A stretch of DNA of 64,000 bases from a virus. Numbering within the stretch: the stretch's first letter is position 1; each line of letters begins with the position of its first letter. Both the position numbers and the translations under genes were made by a program. Location of the stretch: IMG/VR virus record IMGVR_UViG_3300022748_000017, positions 11,988-75,987 of that record, one strand, 5' to 3'. Positions 55,696-64,000 of the stretch are shown in pieces. The notes below the pieces were generated by a model. That model did not search any database and had not been told where the DNA came from. It saw nothing but the letters and a program-made list of their open reading frames with translations.

Positions 55696-55885
55696 TGCTC
55701 GTTGACTTTTCACTTGAACACTCCTTAAATTGTTCGCACATTCTAGCACGCTCATCAGCACGAACAAGGGCAACAAACTGAGCCAACTGGTCAACAGTGA
55801 ATGTGTGAGTTGGTCGGTCGGGATAGTGCCTATTGACGTACCGTGTTGCTTCAGCCTCACGGGCCATGTCTATGGTGTTTCTCAT
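55646..55885 (-). CDS. Hypothetical protein, MRNTIDM family, copy B
   Basis: N-terminus and LVRADE shared with 18396-18737. Confidence 0.55.
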   Translation of the reverse strand: MRNTIDMAREAEATRYVNRHYPDRPTHTFTVDQLAQFVALVRADERARMCEQFKECSSEKSTSNEANRSAVLGKGKQAN

Positions 55886-56262
55886 TTCATTGCCTTTCCA
55901 ATTTCATTGCTTGCAGATGTAAGCTGAGCAGCAGCGCGGACGATTGCTCGGCGGGTGGCGGCGTAGGGGTCTGAATCCTTGTAAAGCTCTTTATGGTATT
56001 CATGCGCCTGATAGCTTGGCCTTCCATCGGTGCCGTATCCAAGCAAATGCTTAGTTTGGGCGTACACCTTTGCATCATGTTCGGTGTAAAAACTCAGGTC
56101 AATTTCCAACTTCACCGCCAGCCGTAGCGCATCGGCATCGTCTGTGAGGGGGTTCCAATAGCAATACACGCGGTCGGCATTTTCGCTTTGCCCAAAGGTG
56201 TCGTATTTCAATTCTTGACCAGCCGCCTTTGCGGCCAGTTCCAATAATTCTCTATCGTTCAT
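55882..56262 (-). CDS. Conserved phage hypothetical protein, B only
   Basis: DRELLELAAKAAG...WNPLTDDADALRLAVKL...ATRRAIVRAAA. Confidence 0.7.
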   Translation of the reverse strand: MNDRELLELAAKAAGQELKYDTFGQSENADRVYCYWNPLTDDADALRLAVKLEIDLSFYTEHDAKVYAQTKHLLGYGTDGRPSYQAHEYHKELYKDSDPYAATRRAIVRAAAQLTSASNEIGKAMK

Positions 56263-56464
56263 ACCAGCCAACTCCTTATTGCCATCATCCCAAGGATGAA
56301 ACATACAAATGCCAAGAGAATCCACAGCAGTTGTTCGTCTGCGGGTTTTGGATCGTCATCGTCAAAATGGGGCATCTTCAGCCTCCTGAATACGTTTACG
56401 TTGATAGGCTTTTTCTTGTGCAGGTGTCCAAGGGATTGGGCCTGCTGGTGTTGGGAAGGGCCAA

Positions 56465-56719
56465 TTAGGAGCCATAAGTCCCCCAAGCAGGCATGATTTC
56501 GTGTTTGCTCAGTTGCTCCAGCTTGTCGAAAGTCTCTTGGAGTTCTGGCGTTGGCATTTTGCGGCTGCAAGCGTGCTGCCAAAAATAAGCAGCTTCGGCC
56601 CAATGCATCCCAGTGAAAAGCCGATCACGGACAAATGCCGCAGGGCTGTTTGGCATATAGACGGGCTTTGGATCAGCGATTTCGTCCAACATCGCTTGTT
56701 TGATTGCTTCGTGGTTCAT
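56465..56719 (-). CDS. Conserved hypothetical protein, copy B
   Basis: Homologue of 19779-20033. Confidence 0.7.
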   Translation of the reverse strand: MNHEAIKQAMLDEIADPKPVYMPNSPAAFVRDRLFTGMHWAEAAYFWQHACSRKMPTPELQETFDKLEQLSKHEIMPAWGTYGS

Positions 56720-56785
56720 ACAGTTCCTTGGTTGTGAGGCTTTGATATTGCCACCGTTAATGGCAGATTTGTACTAGGGTTTTCC

Positions 56786-57073
56786 CTAGGTTTCGCAATT
56801 TATTTGGTCAAGCGTCCATTGCAGCAGGTCGTGCTGGTCAAATCCGTAGTGTTTTACAAACCCTTTGGTTCCAAGACCGTGGACACCTAAATTGCCTCGA
56901 TGATGCTCCGCGCACAACGGGATCAGCGTCTTGTAGTCGCCTTTTCCCCAGCCACCAGCTCTAAGGTGATGCAACTCCACAGGCGCAGGGTCGTGTGGCC
57001 CATAGAGTCGCCAACAAACAGCACAGCCAAGGCCAGCCACGGCGTTCTTGTGGGCTTTTTCGTCCTTAGTCAT
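56786..57073 (-). CDS. Ref-like/HNH Zn nuclease, copy B
   Basis: Homologue of 20292-20585. Confidence 0.7.
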   Translation of the reverse strand: MTKDEKAHKNAVAGLGCAVCWRLYGPHDPAPVELHHLRAGGWGKGDYKTLIPLCAEHHRGNLGVHGLGTKGFVKHYGFDQHDLLQWTLDQINCET

Positions 57074-57476
57074 CAAACGACCCAATGCTAGTTGGCGACC
57101 ATTTCACCTCACGTTCATCGCCAAACGCATGGCACAGTGTGATTAGGTCGGTCATTTCCTGTTTCGTCATCTTGCTGGTGGAGTCGCCGAGAACGACAAA
57201 CCCGCCATCAATCCCTTGGACAGCCCGTTGCTTTTTCAGGCCAGCGGTCAGCAAAACCTTGTAATCGTCTTTGGATAACCTTTGCCCATGCCATTCAACC
57301 TGATTAGCCAGGTCAGTTAGACAAGACCACATCAGCCTATTCTGTGCGCTTGAACGTGATTCGTCTTTGACCTCAATGGTCATCTTTTGCCCAGCTTGCA
57401 ACTTGGCCTTGACCATTTGCCAAATTTCACCAAAGACTTGATGCGCTTGCTGGGGTGCGTATAGTGTCGTTTTCAT
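57066..57476 (-). CDS. NinB-like protein, copy B
   Basis: RSSAQNRLMWSCLTDLA.QVEWHG...GIDGGFVVLG.STSKM. Confidence 0.8.
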   Translation of the reverse strand: MKTTLYAPQQAHQVFGEIWQMVKAKLQAGQKMTIEVKDESRSSAQNRLMWSCLTDLANQVEWHGQRLSKDDYKVLLTAGLKKQRAVQGIDGGFVVLGDSTSKMTKQEMTDLITLCHAFGDEREVKWSPTSIGSFDD

Positions 57477-57739
57477 TTGGCCACCTGAATTGCTCTAATT
57501 GCGGCTTCAACACCATCTATACGGCAGAGGGTACTACCAAGCCAATTCTGGAAAAAGTCCTCTTGTAGCTTGGTTAAACGCTTTTTAGGGCCATCCTTTA
57601 TTTCCATCAGGAAAGTTTGACCGTTGTACCCAACCAAAAGGTCAACAGGTAGGCCAATGATCCAGACATATGCGCCATGCACCCTTAGTGCGCTGACGAT
57701 TTGTTCTTGGTTTGCGTCTACTCTTGCTGCTCTACGCAT
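57473..57739 (-). CDS. PD-(D/E)XK nuclease/resolvase-like, copy B
   Basis: Homologue of 20886-21152. Confidence 0.75.
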   Translation of the reverse strand: MRRAARVDANQEQIVSALRVHGAYVWIIGLPVDLLVGYNGQTFLMEIKDGPKKRLTKLQEDFFQNWLGSTLCRIDGVEAAIRAIQVAK

Positions 57740-58553
57740 TTAGCAATCTCCAAGCTTCGGCTGCACAAAGTGGGACTTGTCCGTTTCCAATGGCTTTAAG
57801 TCGGTCCACCCTAGCGGCCACCCCATCAGCCACTCGACCCACGTTGGGTTCAGCTTCCCACCATTGCCTGCGCCCATTAACCTGGCCTCCTCGACTGTTG
57901 TGTTCTTGTTCAGCAAATCCCATGACCCACTGCCGCCACACATCCCCTTGGTTCTCGGCGTCGGCCAATGAACTTGTGTGCCTAGATTCGGTGACTTCCG
58001 GTTGCCTTGAGTCGCGCCGCTGTCTTTCCAATCCCTTGCGTTTGGACTTGCCCACAATCCACATCCTGTCTCGCTTGTGATTGGCTCCAACGTCTGCTGC
58101 TCCCATAACCGTCCATCGACAGTCATACCCCATTTGGGCAAGGTCTCCAACGACTCTGGTTCCTCCCCTAGTAGTGAGCATTGGGGAGTTTTCCACGAAT
58201 ACGTATTGGGGTCGTACTTCGCCAACCACCCTCGCCATGTGTCGCCACATTCCTGATCGTTCTCCGTCAAGTCCATCTCCTTTTCCTGCTGCTGAGATGT
58301 CTTGGCACGGAAACCCTCCAGATACCACGTCAACAATCCCTTGCCAAGGCTTTCCGTCAAAGGTTTGTACGTCATCCCAAATCGGGAAAGGCGGGAGAAG
58401 TCCGTCATTTTGTCGGGCGCACAGTACGCTTGCTGGATATGATTCCCATTCAACGGCGCAGACTGTTCTCCATCCAAGGAGTTTTCCCCCAAGAATTCCT
58501 CCACCTGCTCCGGCAAATAGAGCGAGTTCATTAAGGCTTTGCTGATTAGCCAT
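57732..58553 (-). CDS. C5 cytosine DNA methyltransferase, alpha frame, copy B
   Basis: FAGAGG, GGFPCQD, ENS, RDRMW, RLKAIGNGQVP. Confidence 0.92.
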   Translation of the reverse strand: MANQQSLNELALFAGAGGGILGGKLLGWRTVCAVEWESYPASVLCARQNDGLLPPFPIWDDVQTFDGKPWQGIVDVVSGGFPCQDISAAGKGDGLDGERSGMWRHMARVVGEVRPQYVFVENSPMLTTRGGTRVVGDLAQMGYDCRWTVMGAADVGANHKRDRMWIVGKSKRKGLERQRRDSRQPEVTESRHTSSLADAENQGDVWRQWVMGFAEQEHNSRGGQVNGRRQWWEAEPNVGRVADGVAARVDRLKAIGNGQVPLCAAEAWRLLNA

Positions 58554-58558
58554 GACAT
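57740..58558 (-). CDS. Overlapping +1 frame ORF, putative MTase beta subunit, copy B
   Basis: 272 codons open, MSWL start, WASPNA/WPTP repeats, GKLNPTWVEWLMGWPLGWTD. Confidence 0.7.
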   Translation of the reverse strand: MSWLISKALMNSLYLPEQVEEFLGENSLDGEQSAPLNGNHIQQAYCAPDKMTDFSRLSRFGMTYKPLTESLGKGLLTWYLEGFRAKTSQQQEKEMDLTENDQECGDTWRGWLAKYDPNTYSWKTPQCSLLGEEPESLETLPKWGMTVDGRLWEQQTLEPITSETGCGLWASPNARDWKDSGATQGNRKSPNLGTQVHWPTPRTKGMCGGSGSWDLLNKNTTVEEARLMGAGNGGKLNPTWVEWLMGWPLGWTDLKPLETDKSHFVQPKLGDC

Positions 58559-58752
58559 TAGATTGCCGCAGACTCAAAAGCGATTGCTTTGGCAATGAGT
58601 TGGTCATGCGTAAACCCATTGTATTTTTTTCCGATTGCTTTTTCAGCCATCTTTCGCAATTGCTTGGCGTTTTGCTTGAATTGCTGTTTGGCTTGATCCA
58701 CTGTGCAGCCAAAAATTGCTGCAATTTCTTGCGCTGTTTTCTGTGTTGTCAT
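58558..58752 (-). CDS. Small hypothetical protein, B only
   Basis: AGGA SD; its stop overlaps the beta-frame ATG. Confidence 0.55.
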   Translation of the reverse strand: MTTQKTAQEIAAIFGCTVDQAKQQFKQNAKQLRKMAEKAIGKKYNGFTHDQLIAKAIAFESAAI

Positions 58753-58855
58753 TACTGTTCCTAGTTGTTGATGTGTGAATTATTAAACTTTTCAAAGAAA
58801 AAAAACATATGTTTCCTCATAATTTTTCTAGGGGTTTACCCTAGGTTTGTTCAAT

Positions 58856-59065
58856 TTATTTGCTGCTCGTCTCATTTCTTATCCTGTTCATTCTGGCTTT
58901 AAGGTCATCAGCGGCAGATTGCCCACGAATCCGCACTATGTCGGATAACGTCTTTTGCCACCACAGTCGGGCTTCGTAGGCTCCCAAGTCGTTCACTTTG
59001 TTTTTGTAACGACTGATCCACTCCCTCGCTTCCGAATTCCTCAAATCCTCTTGATTCCAAGTCAC
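58856..59065 (-). CDS. Hypothetical protein
   Basis: EAREWI.RY...RG..AA..L; positional counterpart of 21149-21361. Confidence 0.5.
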   Translation of the reverse strand: MTWNQEDLRNSEAREWISRYKNKVNDLGAYEARLWWQKTLSDIVRIRGQSAADDLKARMNRIRNETSSK

Positions 59066-59155
59066 CTGTTAACTCCAATGCTGTATTGATCGTTTTCAAG
59101 GGATATTGTTGCCCATCTCTGATTCGATCAAGAATTTTCATGGCTTCGCAGTGGG

Positions 59156-59953
59156 TCATGCTTTCCTCAGTACGGAGTTAATCTGCTGTCGGATGTGATC
59201 AGGCATCGGCGCGGCTTTTGCCATGTCTTGCTCGATCTTTACCAAAGCTGGGTCTGGTGCGGTTGAACCAGGAACGGTGATTCGGGCAACGTCTGCGGCT
59301 TGTTGGGCAAATGTCTGCTTTGGTGCAACCCAGTCGGCTTTAAAACTTGCCCATGTCCGCAAGCAGCATTCTTTAATTGCATCGTCAACAGTCCATCCAG
59401 CTTTGTTCACTTGAGTAATGAACATATCCCATGCTGTTTGAGTAAGGGGAGCATCTTTCTTTTTTCTGATGATCAGCCAATCATTCCAAAGTTGTTCATC
59501 AATGGAATCAGGACGAGAAACAATAACTGCCTTTTCTTTCTTTGGTTTATGGTTATTGGTTAGTGGTTGTTGGTTAGTGGTTAGTTGAACATCTGTTGAT
59601 GTTTCGTTGAACACCTGTTGAACACCTGTTGAACGACTGTTCAACCTACGTTTAGCAGATGCTCTACCAGCGTTGGATTTCTTTTCTAAAAACGCACGGT
59701 AATCAGCAATTTCTTGATCACATCTTGATTGCCTCCACCCGCCTTCTGTCAGTATAAAAAAACTATCTAAGATCAATCGAACGTCTTTTTCTGGCGCTCC
59801 TATTTGAAAAGCCAGTATTTCTGAATCTGGTTTAAGAGGTTTTTCACTGTCGTAATACATCCATAAAAGCCTCAAATAAGCCATTGCTTGGCTATCTGAA
59901 AGCCTTGCCGTGGCTTTGATGAAGTCACCAATGTGGTGTTGGTAATAGTGCAT
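59156..59953 (-). CDS. Replication initiator with a DUF1376/YdaU N-terminus, copy B
   Basis: MHYYQHHIGDF...LS....AY.RLL..YY; C-terminus shared with 21522-22337. Confidence 0.85.
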   Translation of the reverse strand: MHYYQHHIGDFIKATARLSDSQAMAYLRLLWMYYDSEKPLKPDSEILAFQIGAPEKDVRLILDSFFILTEGGWRQSRCDQEIADYRAFLEKKSNAGRASAKRRLNSRSTGVQQVFNETSTDVQLTTNQQPLTNNHKPKKEKAVIVSRPDSIDEQLWNDWLIIRKKKDAPLTQTAWDMFITQVNKAGWTVDDAIKECCLRTWASFKADWVAPKQTFAQQAADVARITVPGSTAPDPALVKIEQDMAKAAPMPDHIRQQINSVLRKA

Positions 59954-59972
59954 TTGCACCCCTAAAAAGAAA

Positions 59973-60068
59973 ACCCCTGAAGGCCCGTGGTACCAGCACG
60001 AACATTCAGGGGTCAGCCTGTAAGGGCTTAAACATATCTGCGACTGGTACTCGCAATGTTTAAACCCT
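59973..60068 (-). ncRNA. Two-hairpin kissing-loop leader RNA/attenuator, copy B
   Basis: Loops GTACCAG/CTGGTAC are complementary. Confidence 0.7.
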
Positions 60069-60077
60069 CTTAGCAAA

Positions 60078-60106
60078 ACTATATCACTGTTTTGGAGGTT
60101 TGCCAA
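60078..60106 (-). promoter_or_regulatory. Sigma70 promoter with extended -10, copy B
   Basis: TTGGCA, 17-nt spacer ending in TGA, TATAGT. Confidence 0.7.
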
Positions 60107-60302
60107 AGTAAATCTTGCGCTGGCCGTCTTCCATGTATTTGAACGTGATTGTCCAGCCAGCATCACGCAAGTCACTCACCCGGCGGCTTGGTGTCACAGA
60201 AGGTAGGGCTTTCGCAATCTCTGCGCTGGTCACACCCTGTTTGCGCTGAATCAGCATCTTCAGCTTTTCCATTTGAGACAACTTCTTTACCTTGAAAAAC
60301 AT
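60084..60302 (-). CDS. Small HTH protein, copy B
   Basis: Homologue of 22834-23046. Confidence 0.7.
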   Translation of the reverse strand: MFFKVKKLSQMEKLKMLIQRKQGVTSAEIAKALPSVTPSRRVSDLRDAGWTITFKYMEDGQRKIYFGKPPKQ

Positions 60303-60394
60303 GATTACCTTTCTTGCCGAAAATTCGGTCAAAGTTTGAGGAAAAAACTTCACTACTTACGCTGAATGGTCTTGCAGCAGAACCTTTACCACCG

Positions 60395-60859
60395 TCAGAC
60401 ACTTGGAACCGCCCTGCTATATGTGTGGATTGAATCACCCGTGAAATGCGGGTTTGACTTGATGTTGGCTTGCATTGTTGCCAACTCCGCTTTGCTGAAC
60501 AATCCTTTTGCCGTGTTTCTCCAATCAAAGGCATTGCCGTGCGATTTTGGCCAGCCTTCGGGCCAGTGCGTTTCAATGACAACTGATTTGGTCGGCTCTG
60601 GCGCAACTTCTTTTGCAAATTGAACTTTGTTTGCGTCTACCAAGCCAACCATGTAAATGTTTCGCATACGCTTACTGTCGTATCCAGAAACATACATTTC
60701 GATCACGCCATCACGGATTAGCTTGTCACGAATGGCAGCACCTGAAACACGGAATTTTTGGTTGATCATGTTCTGAATCAACTTGTCGTTCACTGGGCCA
60801 GTTGCAAGCCGATCCAAGTAATACTGGATGGCCAAGTTGTGTTCATTGGTAAAAATCAT
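60395..60859 (-). CDS. Conserved hypothetical protein, copy B
   Basis: Homologue of 23142-23606. Confidence 0.7.
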   Translation of the reverse strand: MIFTNEHNLAIQYYLDRLATGPVNDKLIQNMINQKFRVSGAAIRDKLIRDGVIEMYVSGYDSKRMRNIYMVGLVDANKVQFAKEVAPEPTKSVVIETHWPEGWPKSHGNAFDWRNTAKGLFSKAELATMQANIKSNPHFTGDSIHTYSRAVPSV

Positions 60860-61025
60860 AGATAGAGACCTCTCTTTGGATGATGCGCTCAATTGCGCGG
60901 GTTAAAACAGCCAGCAACGCAGCTTCGACATCGCCTGGGCACTCCACATAGTGTTTAACCAGTGTGTACCCATACGTTACCAAAGCGTCACTTGCTTCTG
61001 ATTCTGATTGTTCAGGTGTTTGCAT
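60843..61025 (-). CDS. Conserved hypothetical protein, copy B
   Basis: Homologue of 23590-23772. Confidence 0.7.
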   Translation of the reverse strand: MQTPEQSESEASDALVTYGYTLVKHYVECPGDVEAALLAVLTRAIERIIQREVSIYDFYQ

Positions 61026-61142
61026 AGCGAAAGATTACCATGCTTTTTCAAGAATTTTTATAGGGAAAACCCTAATACAAATTTGTTGGAAAAGGCTTTA
61101 CAGTTCATTCATCGGGATTTTCCGATGCAACTAGGAATAGAC

Positions 61143-61325
61143 ATGAAACAGTCAAACATCACAACCCCTCGCACTCTTGCTGATTGCTCTTTTGTGTACG
61201 GATACACATCGATTCGCCCAATGGCATACCGTGAACCCAAATGGGAAAAAGTCGCTGGGTACTTGCTTGCCGTTGCCATTGGCGTTTCGCTGGCTGTCTT
61301 GCTGGTGATGGAGTTGTCCAAATGA
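61143..61325 (+). CDS. Small membrane protein
   Basis: AGGA SD; TPRTLADCSF followed by a C-terminal TM helix. Confidence 0.6.
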   Translation: MKQSNITTPRTLADCSFVYGYTSIRPMAYREPKWEKVAGYLLAVAIGVSLAVLLVMELSK

Positions 61326-61831
61326 ACGACAAGACACATTTCCGCAAAGCGTTTGATAGCCCTTACCTATCCAGCGCAGACATTGTGGAACCCACCACAC
61401 TGACAATCAAGCACGTTCGCCTTGAGCCTGACAAGACAAAGAAAACCCGCGACTTGTTCAACACAGCTTACTTTTCAGAACAGGAAATCCGCAAAGGCGA
61501 AAAGCTAAAGCCAATGATCTTGAACAGCACAAACAGCAAGGTCATCAAACAGCTTACCAATTCGCCATTTATTGAGGATTGGGCTGGAGTTGCGATTACT
61601 GTGTATGTTGATCCAAGCGTTAGGTTTGGCAAAGAAACAGTGGAAGGATTGCGGGTTAGCCCAGTGCCACCACAGAAGCGAAAGCAAGCCACAAAGCAAA
61701 CTATCACGGATGATCGCTTGCAAGCAGCCATCGCCAAAATCAAAGCTGGCGAATACACAGAAGAACGATTGCTTGAGCAATTTGTCCTTACTGAAGAACA
61801 AGACAAAATGCTTTTGGAAGGCTTGCAATGA
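61322..61831 (+). CDS. Putative ssDNA-annealing/recombination protein, copy B
   Basis: Homologue of 24180-24695. Confidence 0.55.
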   Translation: MNDKTHFRKAFDSPYLSSADIVEPTTLTIKHVRLEPDKTKKTRDLFNTAYFSEQEIRKGEKLKPMILNSTNSKVIKQLTNSPFIEDWAGVAITVYVDPSVRFGKETVEGLRVSPVPPQKRKQATKQTITDDRLQAAIAKIKAGEYTEERLLEQFVLTEEQDKMLLEGLQ

Positions 61832-62454
61832 TTAAATTCCGCGCATCATCTCTTGCCGACATAATGGCAGACGGTAAAGGCGAACATGGTCTGTCTGTTG
61901 GGGCCATCACAAAAATCACCACATTAGCCAAAGAATTTATTTACGGTTATGACACTGTTGTAACCAGCAAATATATGGACAAAGGCTTGATGGTGGAAGA
62001 CAAGTCTATTGAATTGCTTAACTCTGTGCTGTTTACAAACTATGTGAAAAACACTGAGCGCAAATCAAACGATTGGATCACAGGCGAATGCGATATTGTT
62101 GGCAAAGATCGAATCCACGACATTAAATCATCCTGGTCATTGTCAACTTTCCCTGTATTAGCCTCGCAGGGTGAAGACAAGACCTATGAATGGCAGGGAC
62201 GCGCCTACATGATGCTGTGGGATATGGACTTTTTTGAGATTGACTATTGTCTTGTCAATACGCCTGATTCGTTGATTGGTTACGAGCCATACAACATTCA
62301 CTTGGTAGAACACATCGCGCCAGAATTGCGTGTGACCCGAGTGATTTACGAAAGAGACAGAAAACTTGAAGACAAAATCAAGTCAAAAGTTGAAGCCGCT
62401 AATGTCTTTTACAATCAAATCGTGCGGGAAATTTCCACACAACACATTTTTTAA
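61828..62454 (+). CDS. YqaJ-like exonuclease, copy B
   Basis: Homologue of 24688-25317. Confidence 0.8.
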   Translation: MIKFRASSLADIMADGKGEHGLSVGAITKITTLAKEFIYGYDTVVTSKYMDKGLMVEDKSIELLNSVLFTNYVKNTERKSNDWITGECDIVGKDRIHDIKSSWSLSTFPVLASQGEDKTYEWQGRAYMMLWDMDFFEIDYCLVNTPDSLIGYEPYNIHLVEHIAPELRVTRVIYERDRKLEDKIKSKVEAANVFYNQIVREISTQHIF

Positions 62455-62463
62455 AGGAATCGT

Positions 62464-62823
62464 ATGAACATCATTTGTGTAGCTGGTGCTTTGGGGAAAG
62501 ATGCTGAATTGCGTTATTTGCCTAACGGTGATCCAGTTTCTAATTTCTCTGTTGCCGATAGCCAAGGCAAAGAAAAACCAACGATTTGGTGGAATTGCCA
62601 GTTGTTCGGAAAGCGTGCTGAATCGCTGTCACAGTATCTTGTCAAAGGCCAGCAAGTGACCGTTACAGGTCAAATCACCCAGCGCACCTACAAAGACAAA
62701 AACGGTCAAGACAAGATCAGCACAAACATTCGTGTCGGCGAGGTTGCGTTGCAAGGCGGAAGGCGAGAATCTGCGCCATCACAACAAGAAAACTTTGGCA
62801 GTGAGGACGATATTCCGTTTTGA
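62464..62823 (+). CDS. ssb: Single-stranded DNA-binding protein, copy B
   Basis: LGKDAELRY, KGQQVTVTG, DDIPF. Confidence 0.92.
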   Translation: MNIICVAGALGKDAELRYLPNGDPVSNFSVADSQGKEKPTIWWNCQLFGKRAESLSQYLVKGQQVTVTGQITQRTYKDKNGQDKISTNIRVGEVALQGGRRESAPSQQENFGSEDDIPF

Positions 62824-62830
62824 TCAACAT

Positions 62831-62916
62831 GGCCGAAAGCGGATGCTGATAGGGACTCGAATCCCAAACCTCTGTACTGGGAGATCGGTATGGATTTCAG
62901 ACGCAGCGAGTAGGCC
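62831..62916 (+). ncRNA. Conserved structured RNA candidate downstream of ssb, copy B
   Basis: GGCC-GAAA-GCGGATG-CTGA...TCAG-ACGCAGCGAGTA-GGCC. Confidence 0.6.
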
Positions 62917-63098
62917 TCACCTATTTGAATGCAAGGTCGCACCTTGCTTAATGTTGGAAGCTGTAACAGCAACGAGATAAACAACGTAACCAAAGACCTA
63001 ATGACTCGCCATTGTTCCCCGTACAAGTCTAGACTTGGTAGCGGATATGTCCAAGGCAGAATACTTGGGTAAATCTCGACCAAATTTAAAGGAATAAA

Positions 63099-63422
63099 AT
63101 GAAAGAAACTCAATCATTCAGCATGACAGAATTCCAAGTCATGCGCTGGTCAGAAGAACGTGGAATTCTGAAACATGGAACCGCCAAAGGTCAAGCGACC
63201 AAAACGCTAGAAGAATCGCAAGAGTTGCTTGATGCCATTGAAGCAAACGACAGGGCCGCTATTGCCGATGCTATCGGTGATGTGATGGTGACGTTGGTCA
63301 ATGTAGCAGCAATGGTAGATATGGATGTTCGCCAATGCTTCTACCAGGCGTATCTGGAAATCAAAGACCGTAAAGGCCACATGAACGAACAAGGCATCTT
63401 TGTCAAAGAATCAACGATTTAA
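63099..63422 (+). CDS. MazG-like NTP pyrophosphohydrolase, copy B
   Basis: KTLEESQEL...DAIGD...IKDRKG. Confidence 0.85.
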   Translation: MKETQSFSMTEFQVMRWSEERGILKHGTAKGQATKTLEESQELLDAIEANDRAAIADAIGDVMVTLVNVAAMVDMDVRQCFYQAYLEIKDRKGHMNEQGIFVKESTI

Positions 63423-63854
63423 ACAAACGTCTTTGACATAGGATTGAAGCGATTGCAATTTCAATCCATTTTCGTCAGCAACCCGCGCCAACGACTGAGT
63501 AGCTTCAGAACATTCTCGGATGATTGTGTCTCTGGGGTCTGCATCAGTTCTGGCGCAGGTTTTGGAATCTTGGCGCTCTCCATAGGAACGTAGCTGGTCG
63601 CGCAACCTGTCAAGCTCATTACGACTAGAACGAATGACAGCATCAGAATTCTTTTTGCGCGTTGCATATTCTTCATCCAATCTTTGCTTTTGTTCATTCA
63701 GCGCCAATTCTTTGTTGCGGCGTTGCTCCTCAGCTTTGCGTACAGCAGCAATGAGTTCTGATCGTACAGACTCTTTTCCAGCAACATAGGCTTTCCAATG
63801 GGTTGCTGCCAATAAGACAACAATCAAAACAGCAATTACGAGTCGGACATACAT
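63411..63854 (-). CDS. i-spanin (Rz-like), second copy
   Basis: Nearly identical to 26291-26737. Confidence 0.85.
   Translation of the reverse strand: MYVRLVIAVLIVVLLAATHWKAYVAGKESVRSELIAAVRKAEEQRRNKELALNEQKQRLDEEYATRKKNSDAVIRSSRNELDRLRDQLRSYGERQDSKTCARTDADPRDTIIRECSEATQSLARVADENGLKLQSLQSYVKDVCLNR
63461..63667 (-). CDS. o-spanin (Rz1-like), second copy
   Basis: Lipobox LTGC, embedded in Rz. Confidence 0.8.
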   Translation of the reverse strand: MQRAKRILMLSFVLVVMSLTGCATSYVPMESAKIPKPAPELMQTPETQSSENVLKLLSRWRGLLTKMD

Positions 63855-64000
63855 TGCTCATGTTCCTTTTGTCGGCGGTTCACAAGCCCTTGAACCTTGC
63901 TGCCTTTGACATAAACCCATTTGAGCATCTGATCGCAAGCCTCTTGATAGCGGCCTTCATTGAGCAATTTGGCTGCTGTGGACTTGCAAAAGGCTGTTGC
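63836..64000 (-). CDS. Endolysin, 3' end, second copy (partial)
   Basis: Near-identical to 26719-26883. Confidence 0.85.
   Translation of the reverse strand, partial: ATAFCKSTAAKLLNEGRYQEACDQMLKWVYVKGSKVQGLVNRRQKEHEQCMSDS

Larger units (their letters stand above)
63460..64000. repeat. Near-identical direct repeat of the lysis cassette (copy 2; runs off the right edge)
   Basis: Matches 26343-26883. Confidence 0.95.

Noticed and set aside
62852-62865. tRNA gene suggested by the T-arm-like GGGACTCGAATCCC
   Set aside because: I could not build an acceptor, D or anticodon arm on either strand
62998-63070. Hammerhead ribozyme (CTAATGA core variant)
   Set aside because: No properly placed stem II-GAAA and UH cleavage site
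1-64000. Alternative genetic code
   Set aside because: Standard code 11 gives full-length, tightly coupled genes throughout

Overview
The window is entirely phage DNA. It holds two related but clearly diverged HK97-like siphophage gene sets in tandem and in the same orientation, called A (about 1-26.3 kb) and B (about 39.6-63.4 kb). Each has TerS, TerL, portal, protease, two HK97-fold capsid paralogues, head-tail proteins, tail tube, a frameshifting tail chaperone and tape measure on the minus strand, plus a replication/Nin-like accessory region and a plus-strand recombination operon (putative annealing protein, exonuclease, SSB, MazG-like). Between them lies one lysis, tail-fibre and tail-tip module (26.3-39.6 kb), and the lysis cassette reappears almost identically at the right edge (offset 37,117 bp). 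I saw no integrase, repressor, tRNA, CRISPR array or host gene. Comparing the two copies shows several conserved features: (i) a promoter-proximal two-hairpin RNA with covarying, perfectly complementary 7-nt loops ahead of the replication initiator; (ii) a C5 DNA methyltransferase gene open end to end in two frames, like M.EcoHK31I alpha/beta; (iii) a major and a minor capsid paralogue separated by a terminator, reminiscent of T4 gp23/gp24; (iv) a covarying structured RNA right after ssb. Single-copy features of note are a collagen fibre beside a GT2-TPR glycosyltransferase, a cupin and a GNAT, and an A-only island with phased DnaA boxes. The tandem layout could be an assembly chimera. All product calls come from motif recognition and gene order, not from database searches.
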